The notes under the pieces are model-generated. The model searched no databases and was not told the origin of the DNA. It saw nothing but the letters and a program-made list of their open reading frames with translations. The position numbers and the translations under genes were made by a program. This document shows, one piece after another, positions 1 to 12,451 of a DNA stretch of 64,000 nt; position 1 is the stretch's first letter; the number at the start of each line of letters is the position of its first letter. This DNA is from Glaucostegus cemiculus (lineage: Eukaryota), in assembly GCA_976551045.1 (NCBI GenBank), contig CDPCPM010000241.1, positions 620,001-684,000 of the forward strand, given 5' to 3'.

Positions 1-124
1 TTGGTTATTTTTTGTCCTAATTCAATGTCCCATTTCCATCCCTCTGCCATTGACAGAAAACCAAGGATTCCATTTGCCTTTTCATGATCTTAAGATGACT
101 GATGTATTGTTTTCCCGTATTCTG

Positions 125-490
125 ATGTAGAAATAGGCTATTGGGTCCATCAAGTCAATGCCAGCTCTCAGAGCAGTCCCATCAGCCCCAGTTCCCCCAC
201 TTGTACCTCTGTAACCTATTCTCTCAAAAGCACTCAATAACTCCCCACTGATTCTCCTCCAACACTGGGGTAATTTACAGTAACCAATTAATTTACCAGC
301 TTATCTTTGGGATAGAACATAGAACATTGCAGCACAGTACAGGATGTGGGAAGAAATTGGAACATGCAGGGGAAACATACAGGGTCACACGTAGATCATG
401 CAACTCTACACACATAGCACCCAAGATCAGGACTGAACCTAGGTTGCTGGAGCTCTGTGGCAGTAGCATTAAATGGTGGGCCACTGTGCA
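125..490 (-). mobile_element. tRNA-derived V-SINE (HE1-like), diverged
   Basis: Reverse complement of tRNA-like head (gccactgtgc end) and V-core (tgtgggaagaaattggaacatgcaggggaaac), plus a CR1-like tail. Carries a 28-bp insert at 314-341. Confidence 0.75.
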
Positions 491-774
491 ATCAAGATGT
501 CACTGTGATCTGCACACTAAAGTTCAAATATCATTCAGATCCACCTACAATTTAGTGATTGCAGTTATGCTTCATTCAAAAGAAAGTTGTATTGCTTTTC
601 ATTTTATTAATTAAACATGATAGAATCACAGAGACTCTTCAACCCACTGAGTCCATACTGATCATCAAGCACCCATTTCCAGTAAACCTGGACTAATCTC
701 ATTTTATTTCCCTCACATTCCCATTAGCTCCCCCCAGATTCTACCACTCACTACATGTTAGGGGCAATTTACTG

Positions 775-990
775 TACAACATTATGAGGTAGGATGAACA
801 GGATGTACATCTTTTTCTTATGTGCGAGTTCAATAACTGGAGGAAATAGATCTGGCAATTGGTGAAAGGATTAGAGGGGAGCTGAGAAAAGATTTATTTC
901 ACTGGAAGAGGACTGAGTTCAGTGCATAAAAGACTGATGGAGGCTGGAACCCTCTCCACCTTTACTAAGTATCTGGATGAGCTCTTGGAC
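775..990 (+). mobile_element. Old CR1 LINE 3' fragment
   Basis: tacaacattatgagg...tttttctt...aaggattagaggggagctgag...aagtatctggatgagc resembles the CR1 ORF2 C-terminus. Confidence 0.6.
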
Positions 991-1644
991 TTGAACTTAA
1001 TATATTATTTGTGAGTAATATATGTGACAGATAAACTCTGATGCTTATAGAAATAAAAATGCCGTAACAGGTACAGAGATATCTGTAGATGAGAGATAAC
1101 CTGATAAGTATGTTCCAATGTAAATTAGACCATTTTTTGGGGTAAAAACAAGTACAATCAGTTATATTTGTATATTAATAAACTAGCTATTACTTTTATC
1201 TGCAAGCACCATGTACTGAGGCAATTTCAAGGATAATGATGCCAGGCAGCAGAAAGTATGCCATAGTTATATCTTTCGTGACAATATTAACTGATTCATT
1301 CTTTTCCTCTTGCTCGCTGTGAAATGTAGCACCTTGCTGAAAGTTAAACATGGAGAACTGAAAGGAAAGTGCCTTCTCTCTAAACACTTTGCAAGCTGAC
1401 TGAGAAGCATTCTGGAAGAGGCACCCGGACTTTGAACAGTCAGGGGAAAGTTCAGATCAAGAACCTGCAGGCAATACAGCAACATAAACCATCAGGACTC
1501 ACAACCTCCACACCTGCCAAGACCCTGGAACACTGCCAAGAAATATTCCTCTCTCTTTCTTTCTCATTATACACTTTCATTTCAGAAGGGTTTTGAGTGT
1601 ATTTCTCTTGCATCAAGATACAGTGTATGGAACACAGTGATCAG

Positions 1645-1955
1645 TGACTAGCACAGTAGTGTAGCGGTTAGCGTAATGCTATTACAGCCCCAGCGACCTG
1701 GGTTCAATTCTGCTGCTGTCTGCAGGGAGTTTGTATGTTCTCCCCATGACTGTGTGGGTTTCCTCCGGGTGCTCCAATTTATTTCCACATTCCAAAGATG
1801 TACAGGTTAGGAGCTGTGGACACGCTATGTTGGCGCCGGAAGAGTAGCAACACTTGCTGACTGCTCCCAGCATATTCTCAGTAATGTAAGAATACACATT
1901 TCACTGTGTGTTTCGATGTACATGTGACTAATAAATAAATATCTTATCTTATCCT
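1645..1955 (+). mobile_element. V-SINE with Rex1-like tail
   Basis: A-box tagcggttag, B-box ggttcaattc, V-core gggtttcctccgggtgctcc, tail tttcactgtgtgtttcgatgtacatgtgactaataaa followed by (tctta)n. Confidence 0.9.
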
Positions 1956-2342
1956 ATATTTTATAAGAGTTTATGGGCATAGGGAACCTAGGATTTGTTA
2001 CTTTGCATAAGATATATTCTTAGTCTTATTCCCACGTTGGGGAATTAAATTAGCAGCAAATGAGACAGGGCGGATGCAAAACAAAAGGATTGACAAACAT
2101 ACATGAAAGGGAAAGAAAATGACATACAGTATTTTGCTGTTATTGCCCTGATTGTGATATATCATTGAGAGCTACTAAAAGATAATATTTGACATCAAAT
2201 TTAGGTCTATCACTGACTCACTCTGGGTGTTGTTATCATACCTTATCAAGGAAATGAATAGGTGAGGAATGGAGGGATATAGAACATGTGCAGACAAATG
2301 TGCGGTTTAAGTTGTCATCGTGGTCCGCACAGACATCGCGGA

Positions 2343-2410
2343 CCATGCTCTACTTGCCTCTGTTTCCATGCTCTACTTGCCTCTGTTTCCATGCTCTACT
2401 TGCCTCTGTT
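2343..2410 (+). repeat. 23-bp tandem repeat x3 at a CR1 3' end
   Basis: ccatgctctacttgcctctgttt occurs three times (last copy 22 bp), then ctatg. Preceded by a CR1 3' UTR remnant from about 2250. Confidence 0.9.
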
Positions 2411-2439
2411 CTATGTATCACTTCATAAGCGGATGTGGC

Positions 2440-2710
2440 AATGAATTAATCAATAAGATCCCACAGTACAGTAAGATAAACTTCCAACTGGCCTCCTTGT
2501 GGTGGCTTTGGTGGAGGGAGATCCTTCTACTATTCTCTTTGAATAGTGCCCAGTAGTCAGTGTCATTCACTTGAACAGCAACTGCAAGCAAATAAGGTAA
2601 GTGATTGGTAACCCAAAGCTTTCTCCATACCGTCCTGGACTGGCAAATCCTCAGGTGGAGGTTGAGCTCTGAACCTTTAATACAGAAGAATACTATCAAC
2701 TGACCTGTGC
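2440..2710 (-). mobile_element. Old Deu-domain SINE (SacSINE1/AmnSINE1-like)
   Basis: aagatcccacag...ttggtggaggga...ttgaatagtgcc...tactatcaactgacc follows the recalled reverse-complement DeuSINE consensus. Confidence 0.5.
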
Positions 2711-3474
2711 TAATACAGCAGGGAGCAAAAACGGACAAAGGTGGCCACTGGAGGCAGTGACTCTGCTTTATTTTTTGGAAATTCAAACCCAGCAGTTTCT
2801 TTTTTAAAAAAGTTCAATGAGATATATTAGTGATTAGCAAGATTAGTGAAATGAAGATGAGATAAAGTGATGACCCAGTAATCCACCCATGACTAATGTC
2901 ATCAAAGAACTTTGCGAGGTGATTAGCAATTTACAAGCACCAGACAATCCGCAGATATGCTGCTTTTCAGAATGGCCAGCCCAGCAGAAGCAGTGAGTGA
3001 TCTGTTCCAGTGCAAAGCAGCTGTCTAGTGTTCTGATATTTGGACAGTGTCAGCATGTTTATTCATTTCTCAGAAAGGAATAGTATGGAGATCAACTGTA
3101 TGTTTGCTCCATTTCTTGTAATTTTTATGGCAGCACATAGGCGAGTGGCAGCCAAAAGTTCCAAGTATCCAATGCAGCAGCAATGCTTCCAAGAAAGGCA
3201 TAAAGTATAAACACACTCATTTCCTCTCAAAAGCCTGATTAAAAAGTCCTCAGAGCCACGTCACAATGTAAGATTTGGCTGCAGTCAGGTACATTGCTCA
3301 GCAGAGCTAAGAAATTTTACATTAAATGCATGCTACCTTTGTTACTTAATATGAGTATGGAGCCTGCCAACCTTGCTGGAGTGGAGGATGTGGCACACAG
3401 CTATTGTACTTAACCTAATTTAAAACAGGAGTTGGAACTCAGAACTGTATTGATCGCTTTCAAGAAACTTTCTA

Positions 3475-3685
3475 TATTTTTAAAACTTTATTTATACAGC
3501 ACGGTAACAGGACCTTCCAGCCCAACAAGCCCGCGTGAACCTACTAACCCATACTTCTTTGGAGTGTGGGAGGAAACCCATGCTGTCACGGGGAGAACAT
3601 ACAAACTCCTTACAGACAGCTATGGGAATTGAACCCAAATCACTGGGCTGTAATAGTGTTTCGATAACCTCTATACTACCGTGCC
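3475..3685 (-). mobile_element. V-SINE with CR1-type tail
   Basis: acagcacggtaacagg...gaggaaacccatgc...acaaactccttacagacagc...ctaccgtgcc. Confidence 0.85.
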
Positions 3686-4404
3686 TTTTAAAACAGTGCC
3701 TAAAACCAAATTATAATTGTGCCTGAATCAAAGGAATACACTGTTATGATTAAATTTAATTTTGAGCAGTTAAGTTGAATCTCTACCACAACATAATGGA
3801 TTCTGAAACTAGGTCATTGGTTTTAACTCAGTCTGTCCCACAGATATAGCACGTCTGAGTGGGAATTCACTTTTCACCCAATTTCCACAGAAAATTCATC
3901 AACAACCATTTTAATTCTGTCAATGACTCTGGTCCGTAACAGCTGCTGTAACAGGAAAGGAACTCACGGATAATTTAAACTGTGGTCTTGGTCTTGTTTC
4001 ACAAATAGACTGATCTTGTCTGAATCTGCATTTAAAAAGTTACTCACTTACCGATGTTCAAGTCATTAGGATTCAGTGTCAGAGTGGAGTGGACAACTTA
4101 CAACCAGGTCTCAGCAGCAGTTTGTTTCTTCCTGAGCTTAACCACTCACTACTCTTCTGCCCCTGTTAAGCATCCAGTGGGTGCTACATATCCTTACTTC
4201 TTTTGGATGGGCAAACTCTTGGAGAAAAAAACGTGGACATGGAAAACCATGTGGGATGTGGGGCAGTATGAATTCAGCAAGTAAAGGAAACTAAAGAAAG
4301 TGTGTCTCACTTAACCCATAGGGTTCACTTGACCAAGAATTATATTCTTGAGTGTCATGGGCAGAACTTTGTGGACCATCAGGCAACTAATCACTGACTG
4401 TGTT

Positions 4405-4675
4405 ACCTGCTGTTTCCTAGACTAAGGATTGATTCTTGGGATGAAGAAGTGGTCTTCTGGGAAGGACGAGCTTGGTTGGGCTTATACTCATTGGAAATTA
4501 GAAGACTGAGAGATGGTCTTTTCCAGACATCTCAGATTCTGAGAGAGAATTGGCAAAGTAGATGCTGAGAAGATGTTACCCCTTGTGTGGAATCTATAAC
4601 TTAGAGCCTTAGTTTCAGAATAAGGCCATCCATGTAAGACAAAGATGAAGAGGGATTTCTTCTCTGAGATTTAAT
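4405..4675 (+). mobile_element. Old CR1 ORF2 fragment
   Basis: gggcttatactcattggaaattagaagactgagagatgg encodes a GLYSLE-RRLR-like motif. Confidence 0.65.
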
Positions 4676-6089
4676 AAAAGTGTCATTGCGCCTTATTCCT
4701 CTTGCCCTCCTTTTGGATATCTTTATCGTTGCATTGATACTGAAGAATAGCCTTCTATTATTTCTATTCATTCATATCCAGACATTCAAAAAACATAAAT
4801 AGAAGCACCTCCAGTTACTTGCAATCAATGATTTAAGGAGACAGTCTTTCACCAGTATGGTGAATGCAGTGCATGCGGTTTAACTACGAACAAATTACAT
4901 GTGGTGGAGAGAGAGATGAAATGCAAAAGTGAAAAATAAATACATTCCCAGAAAGTATCCCATAGCATCATAATTACAGCAAATTGAACACTAATTTTAG
5001 TGCCTTCCGTTAAAACATCTCATTGGTTGCCTTTGAGGTGATGCTATTATAATTCATGCTTGTAGACATGTTTTTGTAAACCTTTAGTATAAATGTCTTA
5101 ACTGTTAAACACTGTTCTGGATCTCAGCCATTACTTGAAAGGACCGTTTAGGTTGTTCTATAAACATTAGATGTGTTTATAATGTGAACGCAGATGCACA
5201 TTAATTACCCCCAGTCTGTGACTGAGGAATATCAGCCCTTCAGGCAGAACATGTCAGCACATCATAATCTGCTTCTGAGCTGGAAAACCTGACCAGTGCA
5301 GTATAAACAAGCCATCACTAAAATCACTCCTGTTTATTCCGCAGACTTTGTATTCCAGCATCAGACTTTACCACTGCACCCTAATCACTTGGCTGCTGTC
5401 TTCACAACAATGCTATTTCCCCAGTGTGCAACAGAGCAGTCTCAATATACTAAGGCATTTGACGTAGCATAGATTGTTTGTGGTGTTTTCACCAATGGAT
5501 AGCCCATAAACACTCTCATTATAAGTGACATAATAATTTTTAACCACACTTGTGAATTCTCAAAGACAGGTTTATAGTCTGAATATTTCTCTTTGAATTT
5601 ACATCGTTATTAATTTTTCTGGCCCTTTATTACAGATAGTTAAATCTGACCTTTATCACTCAATGAGATAAAACTGGCTCATTTCGTGCAGCAGCTCATT
5701 TTTTGCTCCAGATTTCAGCATTTGCAATCTCTTGCATCTCTAAATACCTTGAACCTTCTACGATTCAGGGGGAGGACTGGAAAACCCAGCAATGCCATGT
5801 GATGCTGTGGACCTGTTTGGTGGATTCAGTCTGGCACTCTGTACTGTTTGTGCTTGCCATCAGGTGCATTTTTCAATGATAATGAATAAAAGCTCCATAT
5901 CAGTTGCATTCCTCTGGCTACAGTGTGTAGCTCTGTTTATATCAACCACATTCCTATTGTAGGCAGACCTGTAATCTAATGGGAGATAAAATATAATGAC
6001 ATTGTTATCGACTCTGCCAAGATCTTTTAACACTGGACAAACTGGTCACTGAACCAGGGACCATCCTAGAGTATTATACTGGTCTTCCT

Positions 6090-6635
6090 CAACATTTAGA
6101 GTATTGCCGCATTGAGAGTATTGTATGCATTTCTGGTCACCTCACTATAGGAAGGATGTCGAAGCTTTAGAGAGGGTGAAGAGGAGGTTTACTCAGATGC
6201 TGCCTGGATTAGAGAGCATGTGCTATCAGGAGAGGCTGGACAAACTTGGGCTTTTTTCTCTGGAGTGGCGGAGGCTGAGGGGTGATCTGTTGGAGGTGTA
6301 TAAAATTATGAGGGGCATAGATAGGGTGGACAAGCAATATCTTTTTCCCATTACTGAGTGATCCAATACCAGAGGGCATGCATTTGAGGTGAGGGGAATA
6401 GGTTCAGAACAGACATGTGGGATACGTTTTTTACTCAGAGAGTGGTGGATGCCTGGAATGCATTGCCTGATAGGGTGGTGGAGGAGAACTCATTGGGGGA
6501 TTTTAAGAAGGGCTTGGATGGGCACATGAATGAGAGAAAAATGGAGGGATTTGGGCATTCTGTAGGTAGGAGGGATTAGCTATGTCGATATTGTTAGCCG
6601 AAGGGCCTGTTCTGTGCTGTAATGTTCTATGTTCT
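6090..6635 (+). mobile_element. CR1 LINE 3' end (5'-truncated)
   Basis: [24 protein letters not shown]...LGLFSLEWRRLRGDL; ends aagggcctgttctgtgctgtaatgttctatgttct. Confidence 0.95.
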
Positions 6636-6959
6636 TATCAGTCTGTAACACTCCTGCTTTCATGGTACTTCTGGTACATGGTGATTGTGATGTTAAATCC
6701 GATTTATCATCTACACCTCAACAGTGCCAGGTTCCTGGAATTCAAATGCAATCTTAGTTGCGAGCAGGTGGAGCTGGTTTACATTGGGATTAAAACCAGA
6801 TGACTTAGGCCAACACTTTGGGAATTCATAGTGCTGTGAATGCTCAACTAACACCAAAATGAAAACAGCTTCATGGAAGTCAGACAAAACCCATTGCCTA
6901 ATGCCACCCTTACACCAATGGTGCTGGGGAAAGGGTCACAGAGATACAGCTGGGAGTTG

Positions 6960-7310
6960 GAGCTAACTTGCATTAGTATCAATTTATCTTCACTTGCTGA
7001 ATGTTGGAGTGTTCTGCAGGAGGACCCCCTTGCGGCATCTTAATTTTCCACAGGTGGCAATGCAAGTGTTTACACAGGGAAGGCGCTTGATTACCTGCCC
7101 CAGCTTTAGTCCTACCAGAGTTTTCATGGTCAGCATGAGGGCAAGTAAGATCAGACCGATACTTCCGTGCACCACTTTGGTCACTTCTCAGGTGACCACC
7201 TCCATTATATTGGCAGGAGCTGTGGAACTGATCCTCATCTTGCACAGACTGGTAACCTAGCCTGGCACTTACCATTGAGGCAGGAAAGTAATGCCCATTC
7301 ATTTGCGTGC
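6960..7310 (-). mobile_element. Possible R4/Dong-type LINE C-terminal (restriction-like endonuclease) remnant
   Basis: Minus frame EVTKVVHGSIGLILLAL...LRCRKGVLLQNT loosely resembles the KVVPVVIGALG...QKSALLGT end of R4-clade ORFs. Weak and recall-based. Confidence 0.3.
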
Positions 7311-7584
7311 TTCCAAATATAGATCTATAACAGTGAATCAGGGATCATCGACCCTTGCCTATAATTTATCTTCATTGGGGTGGCAGAAACTTTAATTCTT
7401 ACCAATCATTGAGGAACTTCTGGCTGAGACATGATATAATGGACTCAGTCATTTTCCCCAGGGTTCTGCTGGCCTTCAGATTGGTTTTAGGCCCCAATTT
7501 GAAGGCCAGCAGACAATATACTTGCATTTTTCTAGGTATTGTTCTAACAGAGGGTAATCAGAAGGTAATACCAGACAAGAAAAA

Positions 7585-8972
7585 TAGGGCAGCACAGTGG
7601 CACAGCTATTAGAACTGCTGCCTCAGAACTCCAGTGATCCGGGTTCAATCCTGACTTCTGGTGTAGACTGTGTGAAGTTTGCACACTGAGGCTGAGTGGG
7701 CTTTTTCCGTGTGTTTCAGAATTGACTTGCTGTAGAAAGCCGTGGGTTGTGGTGGAGGGAGTGCATTAAAATTGGAGGGCTGTGACTTGTGGTGTCCCAC
7801 AAGGATTGGTTCTGAGACCTCTGCTTTTCGTGATTTTTATTAATGACTTGGATGAGGGGGTAGGAGAAGGGTGGGTTGGCAAGTCTGCAGATGACACAAA
7901 GGTCAGTAGTGTTGTGGATAGTGTAGAGGATTGTCAAAGATTGCAGAGGGACAATGATAGAATGCAGAACTGGGCTGAGGAGTTGTAGATGAAGTTCAAT
8001 CCAAAATGTGAGGTGGTACACTATGGAAGGACAAACTCCAAGGCAGAGTACAAAGTTAATGGCAGGATCCTGGGTAGTGTGGGGGAGCAGAGGGATTTGG
8101 GGGTCCATATCCACCGATCCCTGAAAGTTGCCTCACAAGCGGATAGGATTGTTAAGAAAGCTTATGGGATGTTAGCATTCGTAAGTCGTGGGATCGAGTT
8201 TAAGAGCAGCAATGTAATGATGCAGCTCTAGAAAACTACAGTTAGACCACACTTAGAGTACTGTGTCCAGTTCTGGTTGCCTTATTATAGAAAAGATGTA
8301 GAAGCATTGGAAAGGGTGCAGAGGAGATTTACCAGGACACTGCCTGGTTTAGAGCGTATGCATTATGAGGAGAGACTAAGGGAGCTAGGGCTTTACTCTT
8401 AGGTGAGGAGGAGGATGAGAGGAGTCATGATAGAGGTGTACAAAATATTAAGAGGAATAGATGGAGTGGTCAGCCAGTGCCTCTTACCCAGGGCATCAAT
8501 GCTCAATACAAAGGGCATGGATTTAAAGTAACAGTGGGAAGTTCAAAGGAGATATCAGAGGAAGGTTTTTTACCCAGAGAGTGGTTGGGGCATGGAATGC
8601 GCTACCTGTGGCACTGACGGAGGCAGGTACATTGATCACATTCAAGAGATTACTAGATAAGCATATTGGAGGAATTTAAAATAGAGAGATATGTGGGAGG
8701 AAGGGGTTAGATAGACTTAGGTGAGCTTTAAAGGTTGGCTCAACGTTGTGGGACAAAGGGCCTGTATTTCGGTTTTCTCCCATATCCCAAAAGCGTGGGG
8801 GCTGGTAGGTTAATTGGCCACAGTAAGTTGTCCCTAGCGTGCAGGTGAGTGGTTGAATTTGGAGGGAGTTGTTGAGAATGTTGTTGAGTGTAGGATTGGT
8901 GTAAATAGGGGTTTAATGGTTAGTGTGGACTCAGTGTGCCAAAGAGCCTGCTATTATGCTAATAACTCTATG
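7585..8972 (+). mobile_element. V-SINE split by a CR1 insertion (7585-7715 and 8768-8972)
   Basis: Head gggcagcacagtggc...ggttcaatcc. The V-core stops at gtgtttc and resumes at tttcggttttctcccatatccc. Confidence 0.8.
7716..8767 (+). mobile_element. CR1 ORF2 RT and 3' region
   Basis: ORFs with [27 protein letters not shown] and KFNPKCEVVH; multiple stops. Confidence 0.95.
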
Positions 8973-10039
8973 ACAAAGAAATCTAATAAACTATGTAGTG
9001 AATTTATGTCAAATTTTAGCATTTTTTTATGTTTAATATCTTTGTTAATTGTCTTTTTTGTAGAAAACTGAGCATAATTTAATCTAATATTACAACTAAG
9101 TCTATGAACACGACTAGTACTAAGACCATGGGGAGTATGACTGCATGACTACATGCTCTTTGTTGCTGAGTAATGCACACTGAACAAATATGACTGCATT
9201 ACAATTCAATCATGCCAGAAAAAGTAACTGGGGCTCTTGTCCATTTGCGTACACATCTACATCAGAACAATTACCAAATCCGGTAATGGATATCTGGGGG
9301 TAATGAACAGGCTGTAATCAAGTTAAAAGATCCAAATAACATTACTGACCGTCAGTACAAAAAGTTAAGCAATTTATAACCGTCATCTAAATACCAAGAT
9401 TAAATTCCAGCCTTGAAGCTGCTCCCTGGTTTGCATTAACTTTGTATAGGACTTCTATTCTGTGTTTAAGCCTGTTCTTCTTGTTGTTGCAATGGGTGTC
9501 ACATTGAACAGAAATTGTTGTTAATCAATGCCATTAATCTGGCGTGATGTTCACACAAGATAACTGAGATGGTAACATCATTATTGAAAGGGTTTTTGAG
9601 AAATAACTACATCTTGCAGCCTGGAAATATTGATTAATTCAATGCATCACACATATTTTACAGCATTTTCTTTTAAAATATATTCCTATGTTAAGAAATT
9701 TTAGAAAAGTGCAGATGTCTCACATGAAGAGATGGGCAGGATTTTCCTAATTCTGGAATGTGCACAAAAAGTGAGCATAAATCAAGCAGGGAGATATAGA
9801 AAAGAGCTGAAAGAATGGACAAAATATTGCACTAGTTTCTCTGCAGAATTCTCTGTTTCTCAGTGCTTAATGCTTTAGTACAAAACAAGAAAAATCTGGG
9901 TTGTGGTGTCCCTCCACATTGCAGAGGCAGGTCCTTCTGTAATACAAAATAGTCTCATATTGTTCTATCAGATATATCTGTTTGAAGCATGGTTACATTT
10001 TTGATGCCAGTAGGGACAATTTTTAATGTGAAACTGACT

Positions 10040-10250
10040 CCCTGGTAAGGTTATTAGGAACATTATCAAAAGAAATGACCCCAAGCCACACATTAGGGCA
10101 GATAGCTAAAAACTTGGTGAAAGAGCTAAAATTTAAGGAACATCTTAAAGGAGGAAAGAGAGGTAGAAAGGGAATCCCAGAGGCTAAGGGAATTGGCAGC
10201 TGAAGATGTGGCTGCCAGTAGTTGAGTGCTGAGGGGTGAAGGGTGAATCA
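10040..10250 (-). mobile_element. L2-like LINE 3' remnant
   Basis: aaaacttggtgaaagag...tttaaggaacatcttaaaggaggaaagagagg...gggaatcccagag resembles the reverse complement of an L2 3' end. Confidence 0.55.
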
Positions 10251-10259
10251 CATTAACGA

Positions 10260-11488
10260 CCATAGAACCATAGAACAATACAGCACAAAACAGGCCCTTC
10301 GGCCCACCAAGTTGTGCCATCCTTCAAATGTCTCACAATCTAACTCTTTCCTCCCACATATCCTACTATTCCACATTCTTCCATGTGCCTATCCAACAAT
10401 CTCTTGAACCTGTCCAACATATCTGCCTCTACTACCACCCCAGGCAGCGCATTCCATGCGCCAACCACTCTCTGGGTGAAAAAATTCCCTCTGACATCTC
10501 CCCTAAACTTTCCACCAATATCTTAAAGCCATGCCCTCTTGTCTTGTGCATCTGCGCTCTGGGAAAGAGGCGCTGGCTGTCAACTCTATCTATCCCTCTC
10601 AATATCTTATACACCTCTATCAAGTCTGCTCTCATCCTCCTCCTCTCCAACGAGTAGAGCCCTAGCACCTTAAGCCTCTCCTCATATTCCATACCCTCTA
10701 ATCCAGGCATCATCCTGGTAAATTGCCTCTGTACCCTCTCCAACGCCTCCACATCCTTCCTATAATGCGGCGACCAGAACTGAACGCAATATTCTAAGTG
10801 CGGCCTAACTAGAGTTTTGTAAAGCAGCATCATCACCTCTCTGCTCTTGAACTCAATCCCACGATTTATAAAAGCTAACATCCCATAAGCCTTCTTAACT
10901 GCCCTATCCACCTGCGAGGCAACTTTCAGTGAGCTGTGGATATGAACCCCCTGATCCCTCTGCTCCTCTACACTGCCAAGTACCTTACCATTTACCTCAT
11001 ACTCTGCCCTGGAGTTCTTCCTCCCAAAGTGCACCACCTCACACTTCTCCGGATTAAACTCCAACTGCCACCTGTCCGTCCAGCTCCGTCTGCATCCTAT
11101 CAATATCCCTCTGTAAGCTCCTACAGTCCTCCACACTATCTACTATATTGCTGATCTCGGTGTCATCCGCAAACTTACCAACCCATCCTTCCACTCTTTC
11201 ATCTAAGTCATCTATAAATATAACAAAGAGTAGAGGTCCCAGAACCGATCCCTGCGGGACACCACTAGTCACAGCCCTCCAATTCGAGGGCAGTCCCTCC
11301 ACCACAACCCTCTGCTTTCTACAGGCAAGCCAATTCCTGATCCACACAGCCAAACTCCCCTGGATGCCTCGACCTCTGATCTTCTGAAGAAGCCTGCCAT
11401 GAGGAACCTTATCGAATGCCTTACTAAAATCCATATAGACCACATCCACCGCACTGCCCTCATCAAGCTTCCTCGTCACCTCCTCAAA
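10260..11488 (-). mobile_element. Relatively young CR1 (RT to 3' tail)
   Basis: ORFs of 141 and 234 aa: [47 protein letters not shown]. Tail ccatagaaccatagaac. Confidence 0.97.
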
Positions 11489-12000
11489 CGACCAGTCAGT
11501 TTAACCTCAGAGGTGGGGAAAGTTTTTTTAAAAAAAATAATCAGGTACAGAATCAGCGGGTACTTGCACAGGGATGGACTGATTAGAGAAAACTAACATA
11601 ATTTGTTAAAGGCAAATCATGTCCAACTAACTCGATTGAATTTTTTGAGGAAGTAACAGAGAAGATTGCTGAGGAGAATGTGGTTGTTGCGGTATTTATG
11701 GATTTGCAAAAGGCATTTGATAAGGTGCCACATGCTTGGCATTGAGATTGAAGATGATGGAATAAATAGGTGTGTGCTTCTTCACACAAAGGGTGGTGCG
11801 TATTTGGAATGAGCTGCCAGAAATAGTGGTTGAGGAGGCACATTAGCAACATTTAAAAGCCATCTAGATAAGTACATAGATAGGAAAAGCTTAGAAGCAC
11901 ATGGGCCAAATGAGGGCAGATGGGATTAGCTCACTGGACAACACAGCCAGCATGGATGAGATCGGCTGAAGGGCCTGTTTCCCTGCTGTATGACTCTATG
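11489..12000 (+). mobile_element. CR1 fragments (RT start joined to 3' end)
   Basis: RPVSLTS, LIEFFEEVT and MDLQKAFDKVPH, then 3' UTR ending ctgtatgactctatg. Confidence 0.85.
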
Positions 12001-12451
12001 AAAGTCATGTTTGAAAGAATTGATTTTTTTGAGGCTGTAATCAGCAGAATAGATGAAGAGGAACCAATAGGGGATAGCCTTTGAGGAGGTGCCACATACG
12101 AGGTTATTAAACACAATTAAAGCATATTGTAAAGTGATATGGATTTGGGATTTATTAACTGGCATATAATGAATAATAAGGATAAATGGGTCATTTTTGG
12201 GTTGGGAGTTTGCACCTAGTGAGGTTTCACTGGGATTATTGCTGAGGCCCAAGTTGTTCTCATTCTATATCAATGATTTGGATGAGGGAATCAAGTATAA
12301 AATACTCAATTCTGCTGATACAAAGCTCGATACCAGGGTGGGTTGTGCATTGGATGACGACCTTCAGCAGCCCGTAGCCAAGCTGAGTAAATGGGCAGAT
12401 TTTTTGAATGGTGAGAGACTGAAACATTTTGATGTTCAGAAGATGTCCATG
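12001..12451 (+). mobile_element. Old CR1, 5' part of the outer element
   Basis: FYINDLDEGI, ADTKL and LNGERL; the sequence appears to continue collinearly at 20050. Confidence 0.75.

Noticed and set aside
2590-2760. Apparent donor AAG|GTAAGT and Ig-like peptide YQLTCANTAGS
   Set aside because: Largely overlaps a decayed SINE; no consistent exon or frame.
10260-12000. Oppositely oriented adjacent CR1s suggesting a twin-priming inversion
   Set aside because: Both cover the same RT segment, differ strongly in sequence and each has its own 3' tail, so they are independent insertions.
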